DNA of 64,000 nucleotides from a virus, in the IMG/VR virus record IMGVR_UViG_3300043783_000034, positions 9,922-73,921 of that record, one strand, 5' to 3'. Below are positions 29,328 to 37,924 of the stretch, in pieces. Position 1 is the stretch's first letter; each line of letters starts with the position of its first letter. The notes beneath the pieces are model-generated. The model did no database searches, was not told where the DNA came from, and saw only the letters and a list, made by a program, of their open reading frames with translations. Both the position numbers and the translations under genes were made by a program.

Positions 29328-30733
29328 TGGTCATCGATTCGATGGTGCTGGAATTTAATCTTGACCCTCATCAGTTCACTCAGGCGCAGCGTGAAACGAT
29401 CGATGGGTTGCGGCGGATGGAGTATGAGGCCGAGCGTCGCGGCGGTGCAATTGAGGCCGCCATCAGCAAAATGGGGGGCTCTTTCTCGGTTGCTAAGGCG
29501 AATGCACTTGGCCTCCTAGGCACATTTATCGGTGCCGAGATGGTTGGAGCGCTGAACAATATAGCGGAGCTCGATAGCCGCATCGGCCGCGCGGCAAAGC
29601 GGTCTGGCGACAGCGTCAAGGATCTGTCTCAGTGGGAAGGCGCGGTGCAGGCCATCGGCGGCTCGGCCGGAAGCGCCACCGAAAACATCGAACGCCTCGA
29701 GGATACCATCAACAAGGTGAACATGGGCGCCGCCAACCTGAGCCCGATGGCGGCCATGCTGTTCAACCGCATTGGTGCGAACGTGCGTACCATGACGCCT
29801 CATGATGTGGCCGATTTGCCGATGCGGCTCGCCGAGTTCTTCGACCGCGAGCGCGCGGCAGGCCGTAGCACCTCGGCGCAACAAGCCTCGGCGCTCCGCG
29901 AAACCGGCCTGTTCAACCAGGACATGATTGATTTGATCCTCCGCGGCGCGCGCGCCATGCGCGAACTGCGGGATTCGATCAAGGGGGCGACCGACGAGAG
30001 CGTGGAAGCATCCAATCGGTTCATTGAAAACAAACAGAAAATTGACCAGTTCTTTTCGAACGTCTTCCGATCGATCCTCGACGTGTTCATGTATCCGTTC
30101 CAGTCCGACGACTTTCACGCCAAAATCCGCAAACAGGCCGAGGATGCCATGGCCGGTAAAGGGCCTCCAGGCGTGGCTACGGCTGCCGCTGGTGCGGTTG
30201 CGGCACCGTCCGCTGGTGGTCTTACCCCCGAGTTCTCGGCCGCCCTGGCGCGCCTACAGGCGAATATGCCGCCCGGCATGTCGTTCTCGATTACCTCCGG
30301 GTTCCGGACCCGAGATGAGCAGGCGGCCTTATTTGCCTCCCGGCCGGCGCTCGCAGCCCCGCCAGGGCATTCCCGGCACGAATTAGGCATGGCGGCCGAT
30401 CTCAAGTTCTCTTCGCCTGCGGCCGAGGCTTGGGCGCACGCGCACGGTGCCGACTTCGGGGTGCGCTTTCCCGTCGGCCGCGAGCCGTGGCACGCCGAAC
30501 CCGAGCGCGGCGCCAGTTTCAACGAGCGATTCGGTTCGATGCCGGGTCTGAGCGGGCGATCATCCGCGCAACCGCCGGGGTCGCGGACGGAAAACAAGAC
30601 CGCCAATGTGACGGTCTCGATCAATAAGGTCGAGGTCAACAGCGCGCGCGATGCGGCCGACGTTGCTAATGGGATTGATCGTCACATTGAGCGGGTGGCG
30701 AAGGCGATGCCGGCGAACTACGGACTCGTTTAA
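29327..30733 (+). CDS. tape measure protein with M15-type peptidase domain
   Basis: Helical N-terminus; SGFRTRDEQ..L, APPGHSRHELGMAADL, EPWH Zn-peptidase motifs. Confidence 0.82.
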   Translation: MVIDSMVLEFNLDPHQFTQAQRETIDGLRRMEYEAERRGGAIEAAISKMGGSFSVAKANALGLLGTFIGAEMVGALNNIAELDSRIGRAAKRSGDSVKDLSQWEGAVQAIGGSAGSATENIERLEDTINKVNMGAANLSPMAAMLFNRIGANVRTMTPHDVADLPMRLAEFFDRERAAGRSTSAQQASALRETGLFNQDMIDLILRGARAMRELRDSIKGATDESVEASNRFIENKQKIDQFFSNVFRSILDVFMYPFQSDDFHAKIRKQAEDAMAGKGPPGVATAAAGAVAAPSAGGLTPEFSAALARLQANMPPGMSFSITSGFRTRDEQAALFASRPALAAPPGHSRHELGMAADLKFSSPAAEAWAHAHGADFGVRFPVGREPWHAEPERGASFNERFGSMPGLSGRSSAQPPGSRTENKTANVTVSINKVEVNSARDAADVANGIDRHIERVAKAMPANYGLV

Positions 30734-30790
30734 GGAAACGCGCGTTCAGCGTGCTATATGGGTTGCCAGATCGTAGGAATCGTCAACCCC

Positions 30791-31495
30791 ATGCCCGACG
30801 TCCCGCAGGTCCCCGGAGTGCCATCGCTCTCCAGCTACGGCCCTGGCGGCGGCGCGCTGCTCGCGGCGGACGCGGCCGACCTTGCTTCGATCGGCGTCTC
30901 GGCCGTCCTGCCGCAATGGGGCATCTTCCTCAATGGCGCGCCGGTGATCCAGCCGGCCAGTTTCATTTCGCAGGCGCTCTCGACCGTCGCGCCTGTCGTC
31001 GCACCAGTGCTTGCGGCCTTCGGCCTGTCCTTTCCGGTTTTCGCCTCTTTCATCGATTACGAATATAAGCAGGACTGGCCGATCAGCGACTATCCGGTCG
31101 AGGATGGCGGATTCCAGTCATATGACAAGGTCCAGCAGCCTTTCGAGTTGCGCGTGCGAATCACATGCGCCGGCAGCGCGGTCGAGCGCCAGCAATCCCT
31201 TGCCGCCATCGACGCGGTCGCAAACAGTCTCCAGCTTTTCACGGTGATGACGCCCGAGGGCGGCTACGATAGTTGCTGCCCGAGTCACTACGACTACAAG
31301 CGCACGAACGACAACGGCGGTGTGAGCATGATCACCGTCGACCTATGGTTCACCGAGATCCGTGTCACCGCGACGGCGACCTTTCAGAATACGTCGACGC
31401 CGACGGCCGCAGGAACGCAATCGATCGGGAACGTGCAGGCCTTCTCGCCAAGCGCGTCGATCAATCAGATGTACGCTGCGGGAGGATTTACCTGA
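30791..31495 (+). CDS. baseplate protein (tube initiator/Dit-like)
   Basis: PDVP..PGVP, QWGIF, ISDYPVEDGGFQSYDKVQQPF. Confidence 0.75.
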   Translation: MPDVPQVPGVPSLSSYGPGGGALLAADAADLASIGVSAVLPQWGIFLNGAPVIQPASFISQALSTVAPVVAPVLAAFGLSFPVFASFIDYEYKQDWPISDYPVEDGGFQSYDKVQQPFELRVRITCAGSAVERQQSLAAIDAVANSLQLFTVMTPEGGYDSCCPSHYDYKRTNDNGGVSMITVDLWFTEIRVTATATFQNTSTPTAAGTQSIGNVQAFSPSASINQMYAAGGFT

Positions 31496-31812
31496 TGCCG
31501 CTCGTCATCCCCGCGCAGGCGATCGCCAACCAAACCTTGCAAGTTCAACTCGCAGGCCAGCCGGTGACGTTGGCAATTTACCAAGAGGCGTTCGGATTGT
31601 TTATGGACGTGCTCGTCAATGGCGGCGTGATCGTCGCTGGCGTCATCTGCCAGAATATCAACCGAATCGTGCGCGATTTATATTTGAATTTTCAGGGCGA
31701 TCTTATTTGGCTCGACTCGTCTGGCGCAGGCAACGACCCGACCTTCGACGGCATTGGCTCGACATACCAATTGCTCTACCTGACCGAGGCCGATCTCGCG
31801 GGCGCCGGATGA
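31495..31812 (+). CDS. baseplate plug-type protein
   Basis: NQTLQVQLAGQ, GVICQN, F.GDL.WLD..G..DP...G.G..YQL.Y. Confidence 0.75.
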   Translation: MPLVIPAQAIANQTLQVQLAGQPVTLAIYQEAFGLFMDVLVNGGVIVAGVICQNINRIVRDLYLNFQGDLIWLDSSGAGNDPTFDGIGSTYQLLYLTEADLAGAG

Positions 31813-32798
31813 CGCTGCAGGTCAATCTCGCGAAGCCCGCACCGGACGCGCTCCCGGGCCAGATCAGCTTCACCCAAAAGCTGCTTCGCTTCACTGTCAC
31901 CCTTTCGGCCAGTCCGCTCAACAATGCGTCGGCGACCTTTCAAGGTACCGGTGTGCCAAGCGCCGATGGCACCAATCAAGTAACGCTTTCCGGTCTGCGC
32001 GCGCATGTGCGGATTCAAAACAACGGCGCCCCGGCTGGCAGCATGGCCGACGTGTCGATTTATGGCCTAACGCCGAGCCTCATGAATCAGCTTTCGACGC
32101 TGGGTCAGGTCTACAATTCAATCAGCCGCAATTCGCTGCAGATCAGTGCTGGCGACGAGAGTACAGGCGTGGTGCCGATCTTCCTTGGCACCATCACCAG
32201 TGCGTTCGGCGACTATCAGAAAATGCCGGACGTTCCGTTCGAAATGCACTGCCAGAGCGGCACCATCGATGCAGTCTCGTCGGCGACGCCATCAAGTTTC
32301 CCCGGCAATGTCGACGTGGCGACTGTCATGTCTGGACTCGCGAGCCAAATGAACCTCGGCTTCATCAACGGCGGCGTCAGCGTCAAGTTGCCGGGTGGCA
32401 TTTATCTGCGCGGCAACCTCGAACAGCAGGTCAAGCAACTGGCGTCGTGGGCGAACATTCTCGCCGAGCGTGTCAACGGCGGCACGGCGCTCGCTATCTG
32501 GAAACGCGGCAGTACATGGCAAACCGGAATCGTGCCGCTGCTGTCAAAGAGCACCGGCATGATCACGGCGCCATCGCTGTCGATTTATGGGCCGGTCGTG
32601 CGCTCGATCTTCAATTCGCAAGTCGCCTTCGGCGGCAGCGTGCAAATTCAATCCGACGTCGTGCCTCAGGCTAACGGAATGTGGTACGTGCAAAAGGTCG
32701 ACCTCGCACTCGATAGCCTGGTGCCGAAGGGTCGTTGGGAGATGACGGTCCACACCAACGGCCTCAATGCGACCTTTCCGACGCCACCCCCACCATGA
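31809..32798 (+). CDS. baseplate hub protein
   Basis: IYGLT..LMNQLS, ISAGD, IFLGTI..A..D...PDV; synteny. Confidence 0.75.
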   Translation: MTLQVNLAKPAPDALPGQISFTQKLLRFTVTLSASPLNNASATFQGTGVPSADGTNQVTLSGLRAHVRIQNNGAPAGSMADVSIYGLTPSLMNQLSTLGQVYNSISRNSLQISAGDESTGVVPIFLGTITSAFGDYQKMPDVPFEMHCQSGTIDAVSSATPSSFPGNVDVATVMSGLASQMNLGFINGGVSVKLPGGIYLRGNLEQQVKQLASWANILAERVNGGTALAIWKRGSTWQTGIVPLLSKSTGMITAPSLSIYGPVVRSIFNSQVAFGGSVQIQSDVVPQANGMWYVQKVDLALDSLVPKGRWEMTVHTNGLNATFPTPPPP

Positions 32799-33511
32799 GT
32801 GACACCTCGTCCTACGGGTACGGGCAACTCCAGCCCGAGGACTTCAATCACGAGATGGCCGTGGTCGCGGCGATCGCGCGCCAGATGATCGCCGAGCTCG
32901 ATACCATCAAGCTGGTGCAGGTCGCCGCAGTGCATGGTGGCGGTGTGGCGCTCGCTGGCACTGTCGATGTGGTGCCGCTCGTCAATCAGGTCGACGGCCA
33001 ATTCAATCCGGTGCCGCACGGCACGGTCTATGGCGTGCCATGGACGCGCGTACAGGGCGGCCCGAATGCCATCATTTGCGACCCGCAAGTCAACGATATC
33101 GGATGGGTCGCATGCTGTGATCGCGACATTTCAAAGGCGGTCGCGCAGAATGGCATGCTGTCGGGCAGTTCGCTGCTCGGCACTGGCGTCAATCCCGGCT
33201 CTTGGCGCAAATACAACATCTGCGACGGCATCTATGTCGGCGGCGCGCTCAATGTGTCGCCGACGCAGTATCTTCAATTCACCGCTACCGGCGCGCGCCT
33301 CGTCGACAAGAACGGAAATTCGGTCGCGCTTGGGCCCAACGGAATCACCCTCACGGACGCGAACGGAAACGTGATAAGCACGACTTCAGCCGGAATCGCG
33401 GTCACGCTCGCGTCCGGGGGGGACTTCGTCATCAATGGCATCGGCTTCCTCGCCCACATCCATAGCGGCGTCACCGCCGGCAGCGCCGACACAGGGCCAC
33501 CGGTCCCGTGA
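32795..33511 (+). CDS. central spike, Gp138-like
   Basis: VDV.PLV.Q.DG, ICDPQVNDIG...CDRDIS, C-terminal HIHSGV...TGPP metal-binding tip. Confidence 0.85.
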   Translation: MSDTSSYGYGQLQPEDFNHEMAVVAAIARQMIAELDTIKLVQVAAVHGGGVALAGTVDVVPLVNQVDGQFNPVPHGTVYGVPWTRVQGGPNAIICDPQVNDIGWVACCDRDISKAVAQNGMLSGSSLLGTGVNPGSWRKYNICDGIYVGGALNVSPTQYLQFTATGARLVDKNGNSVALGPNGITLTDANGNVISTTSAGIAVTLASGGDFVINGIGFLAHIHSGVTAGSADTGPPVP

Positions 33512-33632
33512 CCTTCTGACATTCGATGAGGCTCATCGCCTTCTCGAATACCGCCCTTTAATGGGAGACTTTTCGGCAGCTTATTGGCGCGAGGCCCAGA
33601 AGCAATTCGGCGAGTTTGCGAGGCTTCGGTAA
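33510..33632 (+). pseudogene. internally deleted HNH-AP2 homing endonuclease relic
   Basis: LTFDEAHRLLEYRPLMGDF (typical N-terminus) joined directly to AAYWREAQKQFGEFAR (typical C-terminus). Confidence 0.62.
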
Positions 33633-34009
33633 TGGCTGCAACACTTTTGCTAGACCGTTCCACGTGGGATCTTTGCCTCGATGCGCAAGGGAATATAGCC
33701 GTGGCGACGGCTCCATATGCCTTGGCTCAAGATGCGGCCAGCGCAATCATGACAGTCTTGGGAACCTGCTGGTGGGATACGACCGTCGGCGTGAACTGGT
33801 CGCAATTCCTCGGCGCCACGCCACAACTCGCGCCGCTCAAGGCCGCACTCATCGCGGCGGCGCTCACGGTGCCTGACGTTGCCTCGGCACAAGTCTATTT
33901 CAATTCGATCACAGATCGCATTGTGTCCGGGCAGGTGCAGATCACAGCCGAGTCGACGGGACAAACCGCCGTCGCGCCATTCCAGGTCGTCAATCCGCAG
34001 GGAGTGTGA
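33632..34009 (+). CDS. baseplate wedge (gp25-like)
   Basis: TLLLD...WDLCLDA.GNIA.A..PYALAQD.ASA. Confidence 0.78.
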   Translation: MAATLLLDRSTWDLCLDAQGNIAVATAPYALAQDAASAIMTVLGTCWWDTTVGVNWSQFLGATPQLAPLKAALIAAALTVPDVASAQVYFNSITDRIVSGQVQITAESTGQTAVAPFQVVNPQGV

Positions 34010-34012
34010 GCC

Positions 34013-35677
34013 GTGGGCACGACCGCCGTACCTCCGATCACCTTTACTGCGGCCGGATGGCAAATCCCATCGGGCCCCGCGATCCTCGCTGGCGTGCAGG
34101 CGGACATTCAGGCCGCCTTTGGCGTCGCGCTCGATTTCAATCTCAACACGCCGCAGGGGCAGTTGTCCTCAAGCGAAGCGGCGAACATCAACAACACGTA
34201 CCAAACCTTCGGCTATTACACGCAGCAGGTCGACCCGGCCTATGCGAGCGGCCGCTTTCAGGACGCGATCGCGCGCTTCTATTTTCTCACGCGCAATGCG
34301 GCCCAGCCGACCACGTTGCAGGTAAATTGCTTCGGCCTCGCGCAATTGATTCTGCCGACCGGGGCAACGATCATCGACGAGGCCGGCAACCTCTACCAAC
34401 TCACATCGTCCGTCACGATCGCTGCTGGCGGTAGCGTTGTGGGATCCTTCGCCTGCGCAGTGCCGGGTCCGGTTCCGGTGCCGGAGACAGATGACGTTTC
34501 GATCTATCAGCAAATTCCAGGCTGGGACTCGGTCGCCGTCGCGTCTGGCACACAGGGTGTGAACACGGAAGGGCGACAGGCATTCGAGCAGCGCCGACAG
34601 GATAGCGTTGCCGGCAACAGCTTTGGGCCAATTGGCGCCATCATCGGCGCCGTCGCGCAAGTACCGAATGTCACTGATTATTTCGGCTACAGCAACAATA
34701 CGGCGGCGCCCGTCACCGTTGGCGGCGTCTCGATCGCCGCAAACGCGATTTACATTTGTGTTGCCGGCGGCGACCCGGTTGCGGTGGGGACGGCTATCCT
34801 GTCAAAAAAGGGGCCTGGCGCGCCGATGACCGGAACGACCCAGGTCACGGTCTACGACACGAATCCGCTTTATGCGTCTCCTGTCCCCTACACCATCAAA
34901 TTCCAGGTCGCGGCACCGCTGCAGCTTCTTTTTGAGGTCGAACTCGTCGCTTCTCCGCTGATTCCATCGAATGCGATCCAACTCGTTCAGGCGGCGCTTA
35001 TTGCCGCAGTAACGCAAGGCATTCTGCCGAACGGCGCCGCGCAGCAGGTGCTCTCTCCGGGTCTGCGCGCGCGCATCAATTCGGTGATCTACGCGCAACA
35101 ATATACACAAGCCATCAATCAGCTTGGCGCTTGGGGCCTCGTTGCTTCGATTCAGATTGGCTCGGAGAATACGCCGGGCGCCGTGGTGACAGGCACAATC
35201 TCTGGAACGGTCCTCACGGTCTCGGGTGTAACATCGGGTACACTCGCGGTCGGCCAAGCGCTTTTCGATCCGCTCAACGACATCATCAACGGCACGGTCA
35301 TCGTATCGCTGGGCAGCGGCACGGGAGGCACCGGAACCTACAACGTCAACAACTCGCAAACCGTTGGCGGCGCGACTTTTACAGGCACCGGCTCAGGCTT
35401 CAATCTCACTGCCAGCAGCGTCACAGGCGTCATCGGCAGTGGGGACGTCATCAGCGGAACGGGCGTGCCGTCTGGCACCACCATCATTACTCAGACGTCC
35501 GGAACGCCCGGCGGCGCTGGTGTCTATGTCACGAGCGCCTCGACCACTTCGTCCGGCGCCACCATTACCACCAGCAAGACAATCTCGGCCGCCTCGGCCA
35601 ATCAGACGCTCGTGTCAGTTCAGGCCAACCAGGAGCCGCAACTCGTGGCGGCTAATATCGTCGTGACGCAGACATGA
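34013..35677 (+). CDS. baseplate J/gp47-like protein with two inserted modules
   Basis: [29 protein letters not shown]. Confidence 0.85.
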   Translation: MGTTAVPPITFTAAGWQIPSGPAILAGVQADIQAAFGVALDFNLNTPQGQLSSSEAANINNTYQTFGYYTQQVDPAYASGRFQDAIARFYFLTRNAAQPTTLQVNCFGLAQLILPTGATIIDEAGNLYQLTSSVTIAAGGSVVGSFACAVPGPVPVPETDDVSIYQQIPGWDSVAVASGTQGVNTEGRQAFEQRRQDSVAGNSFGPIGAIIGAVAQVPNVTDYFGYSNNTAAPVTVGGVSIAANAIYICVAGGDPVAVGTAILSKKGPGAPMTGTTQVTVYDTNPLYASPVPYTIKFQVAAPLQLLFEVELVASPLIPSNAIQLVQAALIAAVTQGILPNGAAQQVLSPGLRARINSVIYAQQYTQAINQLGAWGLVASIQIGSENTPGAVVTGTISGTVLTVSGVTSGTLAVGQALFDPLNDIINGTVIVSLGSGTGGTGTYNVNNSQTVGGATFTGTGSGFNLTASSVTGVIGSGDVISGTGVPSGTTIITQTSGTPGGAGVYVTSASTTSSGATITTSKTISAASANQTLVSVQANQEPQLVAANIVVTQT

Positions 35678-36345
35678 CCTTTCCGGGTCCTCCGGTGCCG
35701 CCGCCGCCGGCGCCGGGCTCGAATGCGATCGGCAAATTCCAAATCGGCACGAGCCCGATCGGAACGATTCCCCCGTTCAACACGTGGGAAACGATCATCG
35801 ACGAGTACGCGACTTCGCCGATCATCACAGGCATTGCGGCATCGTTCGGTACAGCCGCAGATATGACCGCGGCATTCGACCTGTTTTTTGACAGCCAGTG
35901 GAATCCGGACACGGCATCAGGGCCCGGTCTTGACGTCATCGGCCGCATCGTTGGCGTGACGCGCACCCTGCAGATCAGCGGCGAGGCTGGACCATTTTTA
36001 GGATTCGAGGAGGCGGATGATCCGGACGACGTCGGCTTCAACCAGGCGCCGTTCTATACCGGCGGTCAGTTGACACAGAATTTCCAACTTCAAGACTCCG
36101 ACTTCCGCAAATTGATAAATGCCAAGATGCTTTTGAACATCTGCGACGGCTCGATTCCGGCGATCAACAACATTCTGCTGACACTCTTTCCAAACCGTGG
36201 TCCTTGCTATGTGACGGATGGGTTAAACATGACGATGACCTATACATTTGCCTTCACGCCGACTGCTATCGAACTTGCGATCCTGCAGCAATCGAATGTG
36301 CTGCCGACACCGGCCGGGGTCGTTGCTACGCTCGTCTACCCGTAG
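35674..36345 (+). CDS. DUF2612 baseplate wedge protein
   Basis: TII.EYA.SP, TA.G.GLDV.GRIVGV.R, LPTPAGV. Confidence 0.85.
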   Translation: MTFPGPPVPPPPAPGSNAIGKFQIGTSPIGTIPPFNTWETIIDEYATSPIITGIAASFGTAADMTAAFDLFFDSQWNPDTASGPGLDVIGRIVGVTRTLQISGEAGPFLGFEEADDPDDVGFNQAPFYTGGQLTQNFQLQDSDFRKLINAKMLLNICDGSIPAINNILLTLFPNRGPCYVTDGLNMTMTYTFAFTPTAIELAILQQSNVLPTPAGVVATLVYP

Positions 36346-36415
36346 CGCCGTCTCTGACGTACTTAGCGGGCGTGCGAGGCTGTGAAATAAACGCTTCTCA
36401 AAGAGGGGCCAACTC

Positions 36416-37924
36416 ATGAATCGCCTGATCTCGGTATTCGCCGCGCTGGCGATGCTCGCCACTCCAGCGCTCGCGATCGACGAGTCTGCCGTCCCACCGA
36501 AATTCTCCATTCCGTGGGGCAATAACGCCGGCGCTGCCTATATCCGATCGATCCCGACTGCATCACAAATCGGCATCCAAAATTGTGCGGCGTCGCTCAC
36601 CGACGGCTTTCCGCCTCTGAGTTTCCAGGCCTCCGCATCAGGCGGTTGCCCGCCGTTCGGCCAGGACTTCAATGGCATCCTCAAACAGGTCACACAATGG
36701 GGCCAGTGGCAGGCCGCAGGTGGCCCGCTTGTTTTCGATAATACATTCGCCGCGAATATTGGCGGTTATCCGAGACAAGGAACGCTATCGAATGCGACGA
36801 CGCCGGGATGCTGGTGGGTCTCGCAGATCGATAACAATCTCGGCAATCCGGACGCCGGCGCGCTGAATTGGCTCAATACGTGCGCACTCGGCGGCGTGCT
36901 CTCGGGCACGCCATACAATGCGAGCATCGTTGCCAGCGGCGTCACGCCGAGCGCCTATGTGGCGCCGACCATCACGGTTGGTGCAGACGGACGTCTCATC
37001 GCCGCGTCTGGTATCGCCTCGAGTTTCATGCCGTCGAATGTGTCGATTTCGGCAACGGTCGCATCGAACAATCTCACCATTGCGCTCACCCAAACGAATG
37101 GCGCAGCGATCGGGTCGATTCCCTATTCGGCGAACGGAGCGCAGCTCGGTCTGCCGCTTGCGTCGACGTCGAGTTTTACGGTCCCCAGTGGCAATACGAT
37201 GGGCTGCGTCAGCGGCCAGGCCTGCCGCCTATGGGTGATCGCCGGCGCACAGAGCGCGAGCATATTCACGTGCGCCTACAATGCGACGAGCGGCACGACC
37301 GTCGTGCCCTTGATCGAGGGCCATTCCTATGTATCCGGTAGCGGTTCGGGCGGCGGCTCGTCGGCGCAAACGCTTTATTGCAATTCGAGCAGTATCACCG
37401 CGGCCGTTCGGTACATCGGCTATATTGAAATCGTTCAGACGTCGGGTCTGTGGTCGGCGAATCCGAACTTCGTAATGATCACGGGCCCGAGCGGCCCGAA
37501 GCCCGCCGATGTCGTGCGGCATCAGTACGGGCAGTTTGGCGCCACCACTGCGATTTCCAATGGAAGCTACATAGCGACCGCGACGTCGGTCGCATTGTTT
37601 CCCAGCAGCGCCGCAAATCTGATCCGCATTTCAGTAAGCGGCTCGATCAGTGCGATCTACAACGGCACGTCGAACGGCCTTGAAGTGCAGATCCAGTTGC
37701 GGCGCAATACCTCGACGCAGGTCGGCATCACGTGGCCCGTCATCGGGCCGCCCTGCACCGGCTGCGCTAGCCAGAGCATCGGCTGGCAAATCGGCATCCC
37801 ACTGATCTACGATTCACCGGCCACCACGGCTCTGACCACGTACACGGTTTATGTTCAGGGCACCACGCTCGGTAGCGGAACATGGGAACCCAGTACTCTC
37901 ACTCTTGAGGAGATCATGGGATGA
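36416..37924 (+). CDS. tail fibre protein with N-terminal signal peptide
   Basis: Follows DUF2612; baseplate-anchor motifs ASLTDGFPPL, PP.GQDFNGIL, IGGYP; preceded by MNRLISVFAALAMLATPALA. Confidence 0.8.
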   Translation: MNRLISVFAALAMLATPALAIDESAVPPKFSIPWGNNAGAAYIRSIPTASQIGIQNCAASLTDGFPPLSFQASASGGCPPFGQDFNGILKQVTQWGQWQAAGGPLVFDNTFAANIGGYPRQGTLSNATTPGCWWVSQIDNNLGNPDAGALNWLNTCALGGVLSGTPYNASIVASGVTPSAYVAPTITVGADGRLIAASGIASSFMPSNVSISATVASNNLTIALTQTNGAAIGSIPYSANGAQLGLPLASTSSFTVPSGNTMGCVSGQACRLWVIAGAQSASIFTCAYNATSGTTVVPLIEGHSYVSGSGSGGGSSAQTLYCNSSSITAAVRYIGYIEIVQTSGLWSANPNFVMITGPSGPKPADVVRHQYGQFGATTAISNGSYIATATSVALFPSSAANLIRISVSGSISAIYNGTSNGLEVQIQLRRNTSTQVGITWPVIGPPCTGCASQSIGWQIGIPLIYDSPATTALTTYTVYVQGTTLGSGTWEPSTLTLEEIMG

